Positions 40,394 to 51,733 are shown, counted from the first letter of the stretch. The stretch is DNA of 64,000 nucleotides from an uncultured Gammaproteobacteria bacterium (GCA_964559945.1 CAZLJY010000002.1:7856-71855), one strand, 5' to 3'. Program-made: numbers and translations. The notes: generated by a model from the sequence alone, not told the origin.

Positions 40394-41263
40394 TTACCGG
40401 TCGCCGTCGGCCCGTTGACCAAAGTAGTCAAAGAACTCGGAACTGGCATCCAACATCATCACATCGCCGCCGTTACCGAAAGTTGAACGGTAGGCCTGTA
40501 GAGATCGATAAAACGAGTAGAACTCCCGATCTCGATCATAGGCGCTAGCGTAGAGGTCTGCCGCCTGGGCATCACCCTCACCACGAATCCGCTCCGCATC
40601 ACGTTGGGATTCGGCCAGCAACACCGTGCGTTGACGTTCTGCGCCAGCAGCAATTTTGGTCGCTTCCTCGTTGCCCTCAGAGCGCAGCTCGTTAGCGACC
40701 TCTTTTCGTTCTGCTCGCATTCGACTAAACACCGAGCTACTGACTTGGTCGGGCAGGTCGATACGTTTAACCCGCACATCCACAATCTCAATTCCCAGAG
40801 AACTGGCCACACCGCTGGCACGAACCACCAGCGATTGCATGATTTCCTCCCGTTCGGTGGAAATAACTTCCTGTAGCGTACGCTTAGCAAACTCAGCCCG
40901 CAGGCCATCAGCAATGATCTGGCTCAATCGTTGACGGGCGCGAATTAGGTCACCGCCGCCTGTGGCGGTATAGAAATCTCGCACATCCGAGATACGCCAC
41001 TTAACGAAGGAATCCACAATCACGTCTTTTTTCTCAGAAGTGATGAAGCGCTCAGGGTTAGCATCCAAGGTCAGTATGCGCCGATCAAACTTGCGCACGT
41101 TGTTGACGATGGGCAACTGCCAGTGCAGGCCAGGTTCAAAGTCTGTGCGCACCACCTCGCCCAGTCGGAACTTGGCAGCGTATTCCACTTCAGAAACTGT
41201 GAACGCTGACAGATAAACGATAACGGCTGCCAGACCCGCAATGATGATTCCAATCCCTTTCAT
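40394..41263 (-). CDS. hflC: HflC, regulator of the FtsH protease (SPFH/band-7)
   Basis: I prefer the start MKGIGIIIAGLAAVIVYLSAF at 41263, immediately after the hflK TAA (41265-67) and preceded by GGAGG. It has an SPFH domain and E/R-rich coiled-coil region. The ORF-track start at 41317 lies inside hflK. Confidence 0.9.
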   Translation of the reverse strand: MKGIGIIIAGLAAVIVYLSAFTVSEVEYAAKFRLGEVVRTDFEPGLHWQLPIVNNVRKFDRRILTLDANPERFITSEKKDVIVDSFVKWRISDVRDFYTATGGGDLIRARQRLSQIIADGLRAEFAKRTLQEVISTEREEIMQSLVVRASGVASSLGIEIVDVRVKRIDLPDQVSSSVFSRMRAERKEVANELRSEGNEEATKIAAGAERQRTVLLAESQRDAERIRGEGDAQAADLYASAYDRDREFYSFYRSLQAYRSTFGNGGDVMMLDASSEFFDYFGQRADGDR

Positions 41264-41264
41264 A

Positions 41265-42404
41265 TTAGCCTCCATCCCTGCCGCGACGCGGCGCACTGCG
41301 GGGGTCGTAAGAGTCATTGGGCGAACTGGGGTCGGTTAGATACTCCTGCCGATTCGCCCGCTGGGTTGCTGGCACGGTATTACGAATAATCTCATCCAAC
41401 GGTAGATACATGACGTTGTTGCCGTCCTTAACGTCCACAATGACTTTTGAGGTGTTGCCTAATACCGCTTCCATGGTCTCCAAGTAGAGACGTTGGCGGG
41501 TGACTTCCGGTGCCTGCTGGTACTCCGCCAACAGCAAACTGAAGCGCTGTGCCTCACCTTCAGCACGAGAGGTGACCGCCGATTTGTACGCTTCGGCTTC
41601 TTCGATGTAGCGAGCTGCGCTACCGCGAGCCTCTGGAACCACTGAGTTGGCGTAGGCCTGGGCCTCGTTTTGGGATTTTTCTTTGTCTTCTCGAGCCTTA
41701 ATGGCATCGTCAAAGGCGTCTTTGACCTCCTGTGGAGGGCGAACCTCTTCTAGGTTGACCGCAGTAATTTCGACGCCCGTTTCGTAACGATCCATAATGG
41801 ATTGCTGGATCTCACGAATCTGTTGGGAAATTTCAGCCCGCCCTTCAAGCAGAACAAAGTCCATGATGTTGTCGCCGACGACCTGACGCATAGCCGATTC
41901 AGCGGCCTGCCCCATGGTTGCCTCGGGATCTTGGACGTTAAACAAGAACGCCTCGGCATCCTTAACCCGAAACTGGGTCGCCATTTTCATATCGACGATG
42001 TTCTCATCCAAGGTCAACATGTAGCCTTCAGCAATGTCCGAGCGAATTTGCTCCACATTGACTCGGTAGACACGGTCAATGGGACGCGGAAGGGTGAAGT
42101 TCAGCCCTGGTTGCATGGTTTTGACGTGTTTGCCAAAACGCAGCACCACGCCGCGCTCGGGCTCATCAATGGTATACACCGAGTCCACCACCATCCAGAC
42201 GCCAATTGCCGCGATGGCGAGGAAAAACAGCCCGGCATTGCCGCCACCGCCCTTGCGGGAATTGCCTCGACCACCGCCGCCAAATATTCCGCTGATGCGG
42301 TTTTGCAAGTTCTTGAAAACCTCATCCAGATCCGGTGGCTGATCACCACCGCCGCCATTAGATTTCCAAGGGTCTTTGCCGTTGCCAGGTTCATTCCAGG
42401 CCAT
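41265..42404 (-). CDS. hflK: HflK, regulator of the FtsH protease (SPFH/band-7)
   Basis: It begins MAWNEPGNGKDPW...GGGGDQPPDLDEVF, followed by a Gly-rich linker, a TM segment and an SPFH domain. The synteny hflX-hflK-hflC is conserved. Confidence 0.93.
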   Translation of the reverse strand: MAWNEPGNGKDPWKSNGGGGDQPPDLDEVFKNLQNRISGIFGGGGRGNSRKGGGGNAGLFFLAIAAIGVWMVVDSVYTIDEPERGVVLRFGKHVKTMQPGLNFTLPRPIDRVYRVNVEQIRSDIAEGYMLTLDENIVDMKMATQFRVKDAEAFLFNVQDPEATMGQAAESAMRQVVGDNIMDFVLLEGRAEISQQIREIQQSIMDRYETGVEITAVNLEEVRPPQEVKDAFDDAIKAREDKEKSQNEAQAYANSVVPEARGSAARYIEEAEAYKSAVTSRAEGEAQRFSLLLAEYQQAPEVTRQRLYLETMEAVLGNTSKVIVDVKDGNNVMYLPLDEIIRNTVPATQRANRQEYLTDPSSPNDSYDPRSAPRRGRDGG

Positions 42405-42447
42405 GAGGAGTTCCTATTGAGACGCGATGAGCGACAAGCCCACCATT

Positions 42448-43812
42448 TTAAAGTTGTCGACCCGCCACAGCAACCGAGGAAGTTGCCACCGGGGCGACCT
42501 CAGCTGATGGGGCGGGGCACGAAGAGGACGGGAACTGGCCAGGCCACTCCCGCTCCAGCATTTCCCGCTCGCGGGCGGCCATGGAGCAATTGAGCTGCCA
42601 GCCGCCATCATCAAGGGGTAATTCATTGTCTATGCAGCCCAGGCTGTAGAGCCGCGCACGCAGCCGGCCATCACCCGGGCCCAGAGTTAACTCGAAATGC
42701 TTAAGGCGCCCAGAAAGATGTTCCCGCACCGCGGTCATTAACAGATCAAGTCCCTCACCGGTTTGCGCCGATACCCACACCCGTTCAGCGCCATCAGGCT
42801 GCTGGCGTTGGGCGGGCAGGCCCAAGACATCAATTTTGTTGTTAACGATAATTTGCGGCACCTCGCCGGCGCCAATTTCTTCCAGCACCCGGCTAACAGC
42901 CTCAACCCTCTCGTCGCGCAGCGGATCGGAGGCATCAACCACGTGCAACAACACATCAGCGTCGCGGGTTTCTTCCAGGGTGGATTTGAATGCTGCCACC
43001 AACTCATGGGGCAAATGGCGGATGAAACCTACCGTGTCCGCTAACACGATATCCAGGCCCTTGGCGCTTTCCAGGCGACGAAGGGTCGGATCCAGGGTCG
43101 CAAACAGTTGATCCGCCGCGTAAACCTCGCCGTCGGTCAAACGGTTAAACAGAGTGGACTTTCCCGCGTTGGTATAACCCACAAGCGACACCAGAGGAAC
43201 GTCAATGCGGGATCGCGCCCGACGGCTCTGGCGGCGTTGGCGTGTGAGTTTAGCCAAACGTTTATTCAGCGTTCTGACCCTAGCCCCTAAAAGCCGTCGA
43301 TCGGTTTCCAGCTGGGTTTCACCGGGTCCACGCAGGCCAATACCGCCCTTTTGACGCTCTAAGTGTGTCCAGCCCCGAACCAGACGGGTGGACAAGTGCT
43401 TCAACTGGGCAAGCTCGACCTGCAATTTGCCTTCATGGGAGCGCGCACGCTGTGCAAAGATGTCCAAAATCAAGGTGTTGCGATCATGTACCCGGCGATT
43501 AATGATTTTCTCCAGGTTGCGTTCCTGGATCGGCGACAGGGCGTGATTGACCAGCACAGTATCCCAACAATGCTCCTGCATCAGGTCGGCAATTTCCTGA
43601 ACCTTGCCCTTGCCCACCAGTGTCGCGGCGTCCGGAGAACCGCGCGGCGCTTCAACCTCTGCACAAACCTCTAAACCGGCAGAGGTAGCAAGTTCGCGAA
43701 ATTCAGCCATATCTTCCCGACTTTCCAGCGCCTGGAAGCGGGGATGCAGAAGCAGAACCTGATTGCCACCTTGTCGGGGCTCATCGGGATTATTGGGTAA
43801 AAATTCGATCAA
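42448..43812 (-). CDS. hflX: GTPase HflX
   Basis: Motifs seen: GYTNAGKSTLFNRLT (G1), DTVGF (G3) and NKID (G4), plus the HflX N-terminal domain. The start is apparently TTG. It lies downstream of hfq. Confidence 0.92.
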   Translation of the reverse strand: MIEFLPNNPDEPRQGGNQVLLLHPRFQALESREDMAEFRELATSAGLEVCAEVEAPRGSPDAATLVGKGKVQEIADLMQEHCWDTVLVNHALSPIQERNLEKIINRRVHDRNTLILDIFAQRARSHEGKLQVELAQLKHLSTRLVRGWTHLERQKGGIGLRGPGETQLETDRRLLGARVRTLNKRLAKLTRQRRQSRRARSRIDVPLVSLVGYTNAGKSTLFNRLTDGEVYAADQLFATLDPTLRRLESAKGLDIVLADTVGFIRHLPHELVAAFKSTLEETRDADVLLHVVDASDPLRDERVEAVSRVLEEIGAGEVPQIIVNNKIDVLGLPAQRQQPDGAERVWVSAQTGEGLDLLMTAVREHLSGRLKHFELTLGPGDGRLRARLYSLGCIDNELPLDDGGWQLNCSMAAREREMLEREWPGQFPSSSCPAPSAEVAPVATSSVAVAGRQL

Positions 43813-43945
43813 GAGGCAATTTGCCGTCTATTAAAAGTATCTGACTAATGTGGGGGGTCCAGCAGCGTTAGGCAAGCGCCATCTGGCCTAGGAGGGTGTC
43901 AGAACGGGCTCCGACAGTCCTCAATGGGTGCACAAACCCATGAAA

Positions 43946-44173
43946 TCATTGATCTTCGTCAGTGACCTTAACGTTGCGGGAAGGCACTACGGTGGAGATT
44001 GCATGCTTATAAATCATCTGGCTGACGGCGTTTTTTAACACCACCACAAATTGGTCAAAGGACTCAACTTGTCCTTGCAGCTTGATTCCGTTGACCAAAT
44101 AAATGGACACCGGTACACGTTCCCGCCGGAGCGCGTTCAAAAACGGCTCTTGCAGTGAATGGCCTTTAGACAT
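43946..44173 (-). CDS. hfq: RNA chaperone Hfq
   Basis: The sequence [48 protein letters not shown]...[10 protein letters not shown] contains the Sm1/Sm2 motifs. Confidence 0.98.
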   Translation of the reverse strand: MSKGHSLQEPFLNALRRERVPVSIYLVNGIKLQGQVESFDQFVVVLKNAVSQMIYKHAISTVVPSRNVKVTDEDQ

Positions 44174-44215
44174 CGGGGCACTCCTACGATTTGTTATTAG
44201 TATCGGGCGATTTTA

Positions 44216-45160
44216 TCACAGCGTCTTGTGTAGAAATCGTGCAGTCCAATCAAGCCCCGTGGATTCCCAGCCAACAATGGTTGGGTCAAGCCACTGAACG
44301 TTCTCCAGTTGGCGCAGACCGGTCAGTTGGCGTTTGGCCAGCTGTCGAGTGGCCGCCTGACCCCGCAAAATCAACTGACTAAGGTCATATTCACCGTTCA
44401 AATGGGCGATTGACTGCCGGTAACCCACCGCCCGCATCGACGGCATATCTGGGCTGAGCTGAGGCAAATCCATTAACTGACGCACCTCCTCCAACAAGCC
44501 TGCGTCTAACATCTGCTCAAATCGCCGGTTGATACTGTCATGCAACAAATGTCTTTCCTGTGGAGACACCGCAATCTTTAGGAATGCGCCTGCTGCCGCC
44601 CCTTGACGGTTCTTTTGCAGACTAGAAATGGGGCTGCCGGTGGCCCTGAAGACCTCCAATGCTCGCTGTATCCGTTGCGGATCATTGGGATGAATCCGCT
44701 CGGCCGCCGCTGGGTCTACCTGCGCCAAGCGGGTATGCATCTGTTGCCAGCCCAAATCCTCTCCCTCCTTAGCGATTTGCTCACGAATCTCAGCCGATGC
44801 CTCCGGCAAGTCTGACAAGCCTTCAAGCAAGGCGCGGTAGTAGAGCAGCGTACCGCCAACCAAAACCGGAATGCAGTCTCGGCTTCGTATGGCCGCCATC
44901 ACAAGCCCAGCATCGCGAGAAAACTCAGCAGCGCTGTAAGTTTCCCACGGCTCACGAATGTCGATTAGGTGATGGGGAACTTGGATCAACTGCTCAGCGG
45001 TGGGTTTTGCTGTGCCCAGGTTCATCCGCCGGTAGACTTGGGCTGAGTCAACACTCACCAGCTCAAAACCGCCTTGCCGATAAAGAGTCTCAGCCAGCGC
45101 CGTCTTGCCAGCACCCGTGGGACCCATAATGCATATGGCCTTTGGGGTGTTACCGTCCAC
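44216..45160 (-). CDS. miaA: tRNA dimethylallyltransferase MiaA
   Basis: P-loop [16 protein letters not shown], then [17 protein letters not shown] prefer the GTG at 45160 ([16 protein letters not shown]), which overlaps mutL by 11 nt. The ORF-track start at 45268 adds 36 implausible residues inside mutL. Confidence 0.9.
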   Translation of the reverse strand: MDGNTPKAICIMGPTGAGKTALAETLYRQGGFELVSVDSAQVYRRMNLGTAKPTAEQLIQVPHHLIDIREPWETYSAAEFSRDAGLVMAAIRSRDCIPVLVGGTLLYYRALLEGLSDLPEASAEIREQIAKEGEDLGWQQMHTRLAQVDPAAAERIHPNDPQRIQRALEVFRATGSPISSLQKNRQGAAAGAFLKIAVSPQERHLLHDSINRRFEQMLDAGLLEEVRQLMDLPQLSPDMPSMRAVGYRQSIAHLNGEYDLSQLILRGQAATRQLAKRQLTGLRQLENVQWLDPTIVGWESTGLDWTARFLHKTL

Positions 45161-46946
45161 GCAAAAACAAGCGATCCAAGGCAGCCATGTCCAATTGCGT
45201 CCAGGTTGGGCGGCCATGGTTGCATTGGCCGCTTCGCTCGGTGCGCTCCATATCTCGCAGCAGCGCATTCATTTCGCTGATTTCAAGACGCCGATTTGCT
45301 CGCACCGAGCCATGGCAGGCCATCGTCGACAGGACCTCGTTATGGGCCTCGCGCAGCCGACTGCTGTGCCCTACCCCTGATAGGTCAGCGAGGACATCGC
45401 GCACCAGCGCTTCGGGGTCAGCGCGACTGAGTAACGTGGGAACTTGTCGAATTTTCAACTCTTCGGGGCCGCTACGATCAACCTCAAAGCCCAAATCGGC
45501 GAACACCTCTGGGGATTGAGCGGCCAGCTCCGCCTCAGCTTCGCTCACCTTGACCACCACCGGAACCAGCAACGGTTGGCTGCGTATGCCGTCATTGTCG
45601 ACGGAGGTTTTCAGTCGCTCATAGGTGATTCTTTCGTGGGCAGCGTGCATATCCACCAGCACCAATCCCGCGTGATTTTGGGCCAAGATGTAGACACCGT
45701 GAAGCTGGGCCACGGCAAACCCCAGCGGCGGCCCACATGCCTCAGACTCCGGTTCCTGCAGAGCTGCTGCGCCAGCTTGATCTGACCCGGCGGGCAATTG
45801 GGTGTTGCCGGATGCATACAGACCCGACCAGTCCGCAGTTGGCTCACGCACTGACAAGGTGGCAAAACTCTGGGTTGGTATGGCGCCGGCTTGCCTAGGA
45901 GAGCCCCCAGCCAGCCCGGAGCCCGCGGGACTCACGTTTTGGGCCTCTGGCCTTACCTGGCCTAAAGCTCGGTGTAAGGTTTGAAAAATAAAACTGTGGA
46001 TGAGTCCCGAATCTCGGAATCGCACTTCGTGTTTAGCGGGGTGCACATTCACATCCACTCGCCCAGGATCAAGGGTCAGCTCCAACACAAAAACCGCATG
46101 GCGGCCGTGGTAAAGCACGTCGGCATAGGCCTGGCGCACGGCATGGGCAACTAGCCGGTCCTTGACCATCCGCCCATTCACAAAAAAGTGCTGGGCGTCT
46201 GCCTGAGAACGGGAAAATGTGGGTAAACCCACCCGGCCGGACAAACTCAACCCGGCCCCTTCTTGATGTACTTGAACCGACTCATCGGCAAACCCACGAC
46301 CCAGCGCCGTCGTCATTCTGCGCAATGACTCTGCTTCGTTGGTCGCCGGTGGGTAGTGGCGAACCGCTTTGCCATTGTGTGACAGGCGAAACTCTACCTG
46401 GGGCCTAACCAGCGCCAGACGACGAACCAGATCATCAATATGACGAAATTCCGTGTTCTCAGTCTTGAGAAATTTACGGCGGGCTGGGGTGTTGTAGAAA
46501 AGGTCATCAACCTGAATGGTTGTACCTTGAGGGTGAGCCGCGGGTTCGCTGGACAACACTTGACCACCCTCACAGCGCAGCTGCCAAGCGTTGCTATCGG
46601 TGTGGGTCCGAGAGGTTAGCGTCAAGCGTGACACCGAACCGATACTGGGCAGGGCTTCACCGCGAAACCCTAAACTGCTAACCCCTTCAAGATCTTCCAG
46701 CGAACGAATTTTGCTGGTGGCGTGGCGGGTCAATGCCAGTTCCAGCTCGTCTTTGACGATACCCGAACCGTTATCGGTAATTTTCAGACGTTTGCTGCCG
46801 CCTCGCTCAACGCTGATTTCGATCCGAGTAGCGCCCGCATCCAAGCTGTTCTCTGCCAACTCTTTAATCACGGACGCCGGACGCTCCACCACCTCGCCGG
46901 CAGCGATCTGGTTGATCAGTTGGGAAGGTAACTGGCGAATGCCCAT
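45150..46946 (-). CDS. mutL: DNA mismatch repair protein MutL
   Basis: The N-terminal GHKL ATPase region reads [41 protein letters not shown]...DNGSGI. Confidence 0.96.
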   Translation of the reverse strand: MGIRQLPSQLINQIAAGEVVERPASVIKELAENSLDAGATRIEISVERGGSKRLKITDNGSGIVKDELELALTRHATSKIRSLEDLEGVSSLGFRGEALPSIGSVSRLTLTSRTHTDSNAWQLRCEGGQVLSSEPAAHPQGTTIQVDDLFYNTPARRKFLKTENTEFRHIDDLVRRLALVRPQVEFRLSHNGKAVRHYPPATNEAESLRRMTTALGRGFADESVQVHQEGAGLSLSGRVGLPTFSRSQADAQHFFVNGRMVKDRLVAHAVRQAYADVLYHGRHAVFVLELTLDPGRVDVNVHPAKHEVRFRDSGLIHSFIFQTLHRALGQVRPEAQNVSPAGSGLAGGSPRQAGAIPTQSFATLSVREPTADWSGLYASGNTQLPAGSDQAGAAALQEPESEACGPPLGFAVAQLHGVYILAQNHAGLVLVDMHAAHERITYERLKTSVDNDGIRSQPLLVPVVVKVSEAEAELAAQSPEVFADLGFEVDRSGPEELKIRQVPTLLSRADPEALVRDVLADLSGVGHSSRLREAHNEVLSTMACHGSVRANRRLEISEMNALLRDMERTERSGQCNHGRPTWTQLDMAALDRLFLRGR

Positions 46947-47035
46947 GACGGAATTGTCCTACAGCTGCCTGCAGGATTCCACGTAGCACACAAAAAAACC
47001 GGTTGGGCGATTAGATCGCGATTAATGGATGCCCG

Positions 47036-48439
47036 CTAGCTGGCAGGAATTTTTAACACTTCGCCAACTTTAACCATATCGCCGCGCAAATCGTTGGCTG
47101 AACGCAGGCGACGCAGACTGACGCTGTGGCGCTGAGCGATGCCGCTGAGGGTTTCTCCTCTAGCCACTACATGGGAGCCTTCGGATCGGTTATTGGCCAG
47201 CCAAGTATCGGTGGGTGGATAAGCATAGAAATAGTCTTCAATACCCGCCGCGATCGCGGCTGCAATTTTCTTTTGCCAGCGTTTTGAACGCAGACGTTTT
47301 TCCTCTTCCGGGTTACTGATGTAGCCCGTCTCAACCAAAATTGAGGGAATATCTGGCGCAGTTAGCACGGCAAATGAGCCACCCTCTACGTGGCCTTTGT
47401 GGGTCGGCCCCACATTGCCCAACGCGTTAATGACCTTAGTGCCCACGGACTTACTCACCCCTGTACTGGCGCCTTGAGACAGGTCCAGCAGAACCGCCGC
47501 TAGGGTTTCGTCTTTATCGCTGAGACTGACCCCACCGACCAAATCTGATTGATTTGCCCGATTGGCAAGAAATTTTGCCGCCTCGCTGCTGGCCCGCCGA
47601 TTGGACAAGATAAACACCGAAGAACCTTTGACGTTGCGGTTTTCGAACGCATCTGCGTGAATTGAAACAAACAAATCGGCCCGTGCATCACGGGCTTTGG
47701 CAGGTCGTTTTAGGTGAGGGATATAGTAATCCCCGGTTCGCACCAACACCCCTTTGAAACCTGGCAACTTGTCCAGATCTGCCTTCACCACTTTGGCGAT
47801 CGCCAGCGCGACGTCCTTTTCATAGGTCCCATGCAAGCCGATGGCGCCAGGATCTTCACCCCCATGGCCCGCATCAATCGCAATGACAACATCCCTATTT
47901 GAGCCGCGATCAAGCTTTTTCACTGGCTTGGCCGGCTCCGCGCTGACCTTCTGTTTAGTTGCAGAGGGGTAAAGATCCACTACTAGCCGATGCCCGTACT
48001 GGGCCGCGGGGGGCAACAGAAAGCTCTGGGCTTTGGCCGATCCAGCAAGATCAAGCACCACTCGCAAGCTGCCGTTGTCCCGAGGACCCGTGCGCACCTT
48101 TTGAACCAGATCTCCGTCATTGCTGACCGGGGCAAATGCCTTGGCCGCAGACACCGAACGTAAATCTAAAACTACCCGATCAGGCCCTTCTAAGGTAAAT
48201 AACTGGTATTCCACCGCCCCTGATAGGTCCAGCACAGCACGGGTCTTATCGGGGCTGGTCCAGACTCGGAAGTCCAGCAACTCGGTAGCCTGGGCAAACG
48301 GGCTGATGGCCAACGCCATCAGGACCCCAAATAGCCGTGGGGCCACAGATTTGGGTTCGGTCCTTGGCAGGCCGGCAGGATTTGACGGAATTTTCCACAT
48401 CACAGCAAAGGATTTACCGGATTTTTTGCCACTTTTCAA
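47036..48439 (-). CDS. amiB: N-acetylmuramoyl-L-alanine amidase (AMIN, Amidase_3 and LysM domains)
   Basis: The AMIN domain is TRAVLDLSGAVEYQLFTLEGPDRVVLDL. The Amidase_3 motifs are AIDAGHGGEDPGA...SIHADA. The LysM domain is HVVARGETLSGIAQRHSVSLRRLRSANDL. The start is uncertain: TTG at 48439 or ATG at 48400. Confidence 0.85.
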   Translation of the reverse strand: MKSGKKSGKSFAVMWKIPSNPAGLPRTEPKSVAPRLFGVLMALAISPFAQATELLDFRVWTSPDKTRAVLDLSGAVEYQLFTLEGPDRVVLDLRSVSAAKAFAPVSNDGDLVQKVRTGPRDNGSLRVVLDLAGSAKAQSFLLPPAAQYGHRLVVDLYPSATKQKVSAEPAKPVKKLDRGSNRDVVIAIDAGHGGEDPGAIGLHGTYEKDVALAIAKVVKADLDKLPGFKGVLVRTGDYYIPHLKRPAKARDARADLFVSIHADAFENRNVKGSSVFILSNRRASSEAAKFLANRANQSDLVGGVSLSDKDETLAAVLLDLSQGASTGVSKSVGTKVINALGNVGPTHKGHVEGGSFAVLTAPDIPSILVETGYISNPEEEKRLRSKRWQKKIAAAIAAGIEDYFYAYPPTDTWLANNRSEGSHVVARGETLSGIAQRHSVSLRRLRSANDLRGDMVKVGEVLKIPAS

Positions 48440-48600
48440 CCATTTTATATCTTTTTACTGATAAAGCACTGTTTATGCTACGTAAAAAAGAAAAATCACT
48501 ACCACAACCTCGAATTAGAACAAAAGTACCCTACCCCCGGCTCCGCCACAAAACAGTAAAGAAATCCAACGGTTAAGCGAGGAATTGTTCGCCAACACCA

Positions 48601-49062
48601 TTACAGACCGTCGGCTAAATCCTGTCGGTTAGCGGCGGTCAGCTCCGCCTGCCGGGCAGAGCCGCCTTGACGGGTTAACTGGATGGTCAATTGCGCTGCT
48701 GGCAACACCCCCAATCCTTTTTCTGGCCACTCCACCAAGATCAGGGCGTTTTCGGCCATCCAGTCCTCCAAACCCAAAAATTCAAGCTCAAGCGGGTCTG
48801 CCACGCGGTAAAGGTCCAAGTGATAGCAGGGGCCTGTGGCCAGCGAATAAGGCTCCACCAAAGTATAAGTTGGGCTCTTGACTGGACCACTGACACCCAA
48901 AGCCCGCAACCAGGCGCGCACCAATGTGGTTTTCCCAGCGCCCAAGTCGCCCTTTAGATAAACCAGATACGGAGCGGTGGATGGGGTCTGGCCCGCAACG
49001 AACCGTGCCAGTCTTGCAGCCAACGCTTCCGTTGCCGCCTCATCCAGCAGATCAATCTTCAT
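48601..49062 (-). CDS. tsaE: tRNA t6A37 biosynthesis ATPase TsaE (YjeE)
   Basis: Motifs LKGDLGAGKTTLVRAWLRALG...SPTYTL...HLDLYR. It overlaps nnr by 4 nt. Confidence 0.9.
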   Translation of the reverse strand: MKIDLLDEAATEALAARLARFVAGQTPSTAPYLVYLKGDLGAGKTTLVRAWLRALGVSGPVKSPTYTLVEPYSLATGPCYHLDLYRVADPLELEFLGLEDWMAENALILVEWPEKGLGVLPAAQLTIQLTRQGGSARQAELTAANRQDLADGL

Positions 49063-50519
49063 AAATTCACGACTCGACGCAATTGATCAACAACATCCAT
49101 CGCCAGCATACCCCGTGGCTCACTGCCCGCAGCCAGATCGCCGGCAGCAGAATGCACCGTGACGCCAACTCTGGATGCATCTGGCAAACTCAGCCCCTGG
49201 CCGAGCATTGCCGCGACAACGCCCGTCAACACATCACCCATACCAGCGGTCGCCATCCCCGGATTACCCAGGGTACAAACTGATAAATTTTTTCCATCGT
49301 TGACCAAAGTACCCGGGCCCTTTGTCACCGCAACACCACCAAAGCGGGCCTGCAATTGCTCCGATGCGGAGAACCTATCGGCCTGAACCTGGGCTGAGGT
49401 TAAATCCAGCAGCCGGCCCAATTCACCGGGATGAGGGGTGAGTATCCAGTTTGATCGCCGGGCCGGCGCTGCTGCCAGCAAATTAAGCCCATCGGCATCA
49501 ACGACCGTTGGGCCGGCAAAGCTCAGACAAGCTTGCCAAAGCTCCTGCGCCCAACCATTGGTTCCCAACCCTGGACCCACTGCAACCACACTTGCCTGCT
49601 CTAACAATGGCATAAGCTCAGCTGCACTGTTGATCCCAGCCACCATTAACTCAGGGCGGCGATCAGGGACACCATGACTGGGATGAGTGGCAATTTGAAC
49701 AATCCCTGCACCACTGCGCAAAGCCGCCTCACCTGCCAACCTGACCGCACCGGGCATACCCTGATTCCCGCCAACAATCAGCACCCGGCCAAAATCGCCT
49801 TTGTGCGCTGCCAGGTTGCGCGGCGCCAAGCAGCGGGAAATCAACGATTGAGTGATACGCTGGGCCGAAAGCGGCACAGCTTCGTACACCGATTGCACCA
49901 CCCCCAAACTGTCGAATTCTATCCGCCCACACTGCTGGGGGCCTGCAGCGGTAAATTGCCCGCGCTTTAAACCGATAAAGGTCATCGTGACCTGGGCCTT
50001 CACAGCGCTGCCTAATACCGCCCCGGTATCGGCGCAGAGCCCGCTGGGTATATCCACCGCCACAACTGGGCTGGCGCTGGCATTGATCGTGTTTACGGCC
50101 TGCAAGTAACCGCCAGTCACTTCTCGATTACCACCAATACCTAGCAGGGCGTCCACTACAACGTCCGCTGACAGCTGCTTCGGCAGCGTCTCGTAAATCA
50201 TTCCGCCAGTCGAAATAAAATCCTCATAGGCCTGACTGGCCTCACCGGAAAGACTGTCAGGATCACTGATGGCATAGACGTTCACGCCCACACCTTGACC
50301 CATGGCCAGTCTTGCCAACACATAGCCATCACCAGCGTTGTTGCCTGCGCCACAAACGATATCCAAAGTCGCCCCGGGGAAGGTTCGCTGAATCAACGCC
50401 CAGCAACGCTTGCCGGCTAAGCACATCAGCGCATAGCCGTCCGAATCACTGCTTTGAATCGCCAGGCGGTCCAGTTCGCGCAACTGTTTGGCGGTATAAA
50501 GCGCCACTGGAAGGTCCAT
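49059..50519 (-). CDS. nnr: Bifunctional NAD(P)H-hydrate repair enzyme Nnr (epimerase/dehydratase, YjeF)
   Basis: The N-terminal YjeF_N region has CGAGNNAGDGYVLARL. The C-terminal carbohydrate-kinase region has VLIVGGNQGMPGA...GMATAGMGDVLTG. Confidence 0.9.
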   Translation of the reverse strand: MDLPVALYTAKQLRELDRLAIQSSDSDGYALMCLAGKRCWALIQRTFPGATLDIVCGAGNNAGDGYVLARLAMGQGVGVNVYAISDPDSLSGEASQAYEDFISTGGMIYETLPKQLSADVVVDALLGIGGNREVTGGYLQAVNTINASASPVVAVDIPSGLCADTGAVLGSAVKAQVTMTFIGLKRGQFTAAGPQQCGRIEFDSLGVVQSVYEAVPLSAQRITQSLISRCLAPRNLAAHKGDFGRVLIVGGNQGMPGAVRLAGEAALRSGAGIVQIATHPSHGVPDRRPELMVAGINSAAELMPLLEQASVVAVGPGLGTNGWAQELWQACLSFAGPTVVDADGLNLLAAAPARRSNWILTPHPGELGRLLDLTSAQVQADRFSASEQLQARFGGVAVTKGPGTLVNDGKNLSVCTLGNPGMATAGMGDVLTGVVAAMLGQGLSLPDASRVGVTVHSAAGDLAAGSEPRGMLAMDVVDQLRRVVNL

Positions 50520-50686
50520 TACCGTTATCCTCTATGCTTCGGTATGCGAGTCTTGTGCGTTGAGATTGCCTCCAAGCACCGACCCATTGTCGTACGTTTT
50601 ACCCCGGATAGGCAGGTAAGAATAAACCAGTGGTGGAAAAAACCGCAGACCCAAAAAATCGAACCATCACCCGCGCGGCGGGTGAC

Positions 50687-51733
50687 ATGTCTCAGCTCGC
50701 TGAGCAGATTAAAGATTGGGGAAAGCAGCTAGGCTTCCAGCAGATTGGCATTTGCGATACTGACCTGGCCACCCATGAGACCTACCTTCTGCGCTGGCTG
50801 AAGCTTAAGCGCCACGGCACCATGGAGTATATGCAGCGCCATGGCACCCTGCGCAGCCGGCCCGCCGACCTATTACCCGGAACACTGCGGGTGATCTCAG
50901 TTCGGATGGACTATCGAACCCCATCCAAACCCCTGCAAAGCGTGCTAGACAACCCCGATGCCGCAGCCATTTCCCGTTATGCACTGGGCCGCGATTACCA
51001 CAAAGTGATTCGCCGACGACTACAAAAGCTGGCGGACCAAATCAGTACTGAAGTGGGTGACTTTGGCTACCGCGCATTCGTCGATTCAGCACCGGTACTG
51101 GAAAAAGCACTGGCCCAGAAAGCAGGCTTAGGTTGGATTGGAAAACACAGCAATTTGCTGAACGACCAGGCCGGCTCCTGGTTTTTTCTCGGCGAACTTT
51201 ACACCGACCTGCCATTGCCAATTGACCCACCCGCTAAGGAACATTGTGGGAGCTGCCGGCGGTGCATTGATGCCTGCCCAACGGACGCCATTGTTGGCCC
51301 CTTTGAGGTGGATGCGCGGCGCTGCATCTCTTACCTCACGATTGAGCTAAAGGGGTCAATCCCAGAAGTTTTCCGCAAACCCATGGGCAATCGAATTTAT
51401 GGTTGCGATGACTGCCAGTTAGTCTGCCCATGGAACAAGTTCGCCGAAGACACCCAGGAAACGGACTTTCAACCACGCCATAGCCTGGATGACGTCAGCC
51501 TGGTGAGCTTGTTCCGCTGGACTGCTGAAGAATTTGACCATCGCACCAAAGGCAGCCCGATTCGGCGCATTGGTTACGAGCGATGGCTACGCAACATCGC
51601 CGTAGCGCTTGGCAACGCAAGCAGCAGCGCTGAGGTGATCCAGGCGTTGAATGCTCGAGCTCAGGACCCATCGCCGCTGGTTCGAGAACATGTTGACTGG
51701 GCATTAGCCCAACACCAAAAATTTGCCGGCTAG
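50687..51733 (+). CDS. queG: Epoxyqueuosine reductase QueG
   Basis: The two 4Fe-4S motifs are CGSCRRCIDACPTDA and CDDCQLVCPWNKF. C-terminal HEAT-like repeats are present. I prefer the ATG at 50687 (MSQLAEQIKDW). It is divergent from nnr, as in E. coli. Confidence 0.88.
   Translation: MSQLAEQIKDWGKQLGFQQIGICDTDLATHETYLLRWLKLKRHGTMEYMQRHGTLRSRPADLLPGTLRVISVRMDYRTPSKPLQSVLDNPDAAAISRYALGRDYHKVIRRRLQKLADQISTEVGDFGYRAFVDSAPVLEKALAQKAGLGWIGKHSNLLNDQAGSWFFLGELYTDLPLPIDPPAKEHCGSCRRCIDACPTDAIVGPFEVDARRCISYLTIELKGSIPEVFRKPMGNRIYGCDDCQLVCPWNKFAEDTQETDFQPRHSLDDVSLVSLFRWTAEEFDHRTKGSPIRRIGYERWLRNIAVALGNASSSAEVIQALNARAQDPSPLVREHVDWALAQHQKFAG

Noticed and set aside
41802-42593. A 263-aa plus-strand ORF, and likewise the 183-aa ORF at 39312-39863
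   Set aside because: They are fully antisense to hflK and purA respectively, both of which have unambiguous motifs. The translations have no recognisable features.
45161-45268. The long N-terminal extension of miaA given by the ORF track (start 45268); similar extensions occur for hflC (41317), dapA (58516), bcp (58526), queG (50630), pgi (53385) and the lipoprotein (3458)
   Set aside because: The extensions lie inside upstream genes or add residues absent from the conserved family N-termini. Downstream starts have better RBS or coupling geometry and give canonical N-termini.
51730-51733. Convergent queG and pgi share overlapping stop codons within CTAG, with no intergenic terminator
   Set aside because: It is real but trivial. 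This is a compact convergent arrangement with no further sequence feature to interpret.
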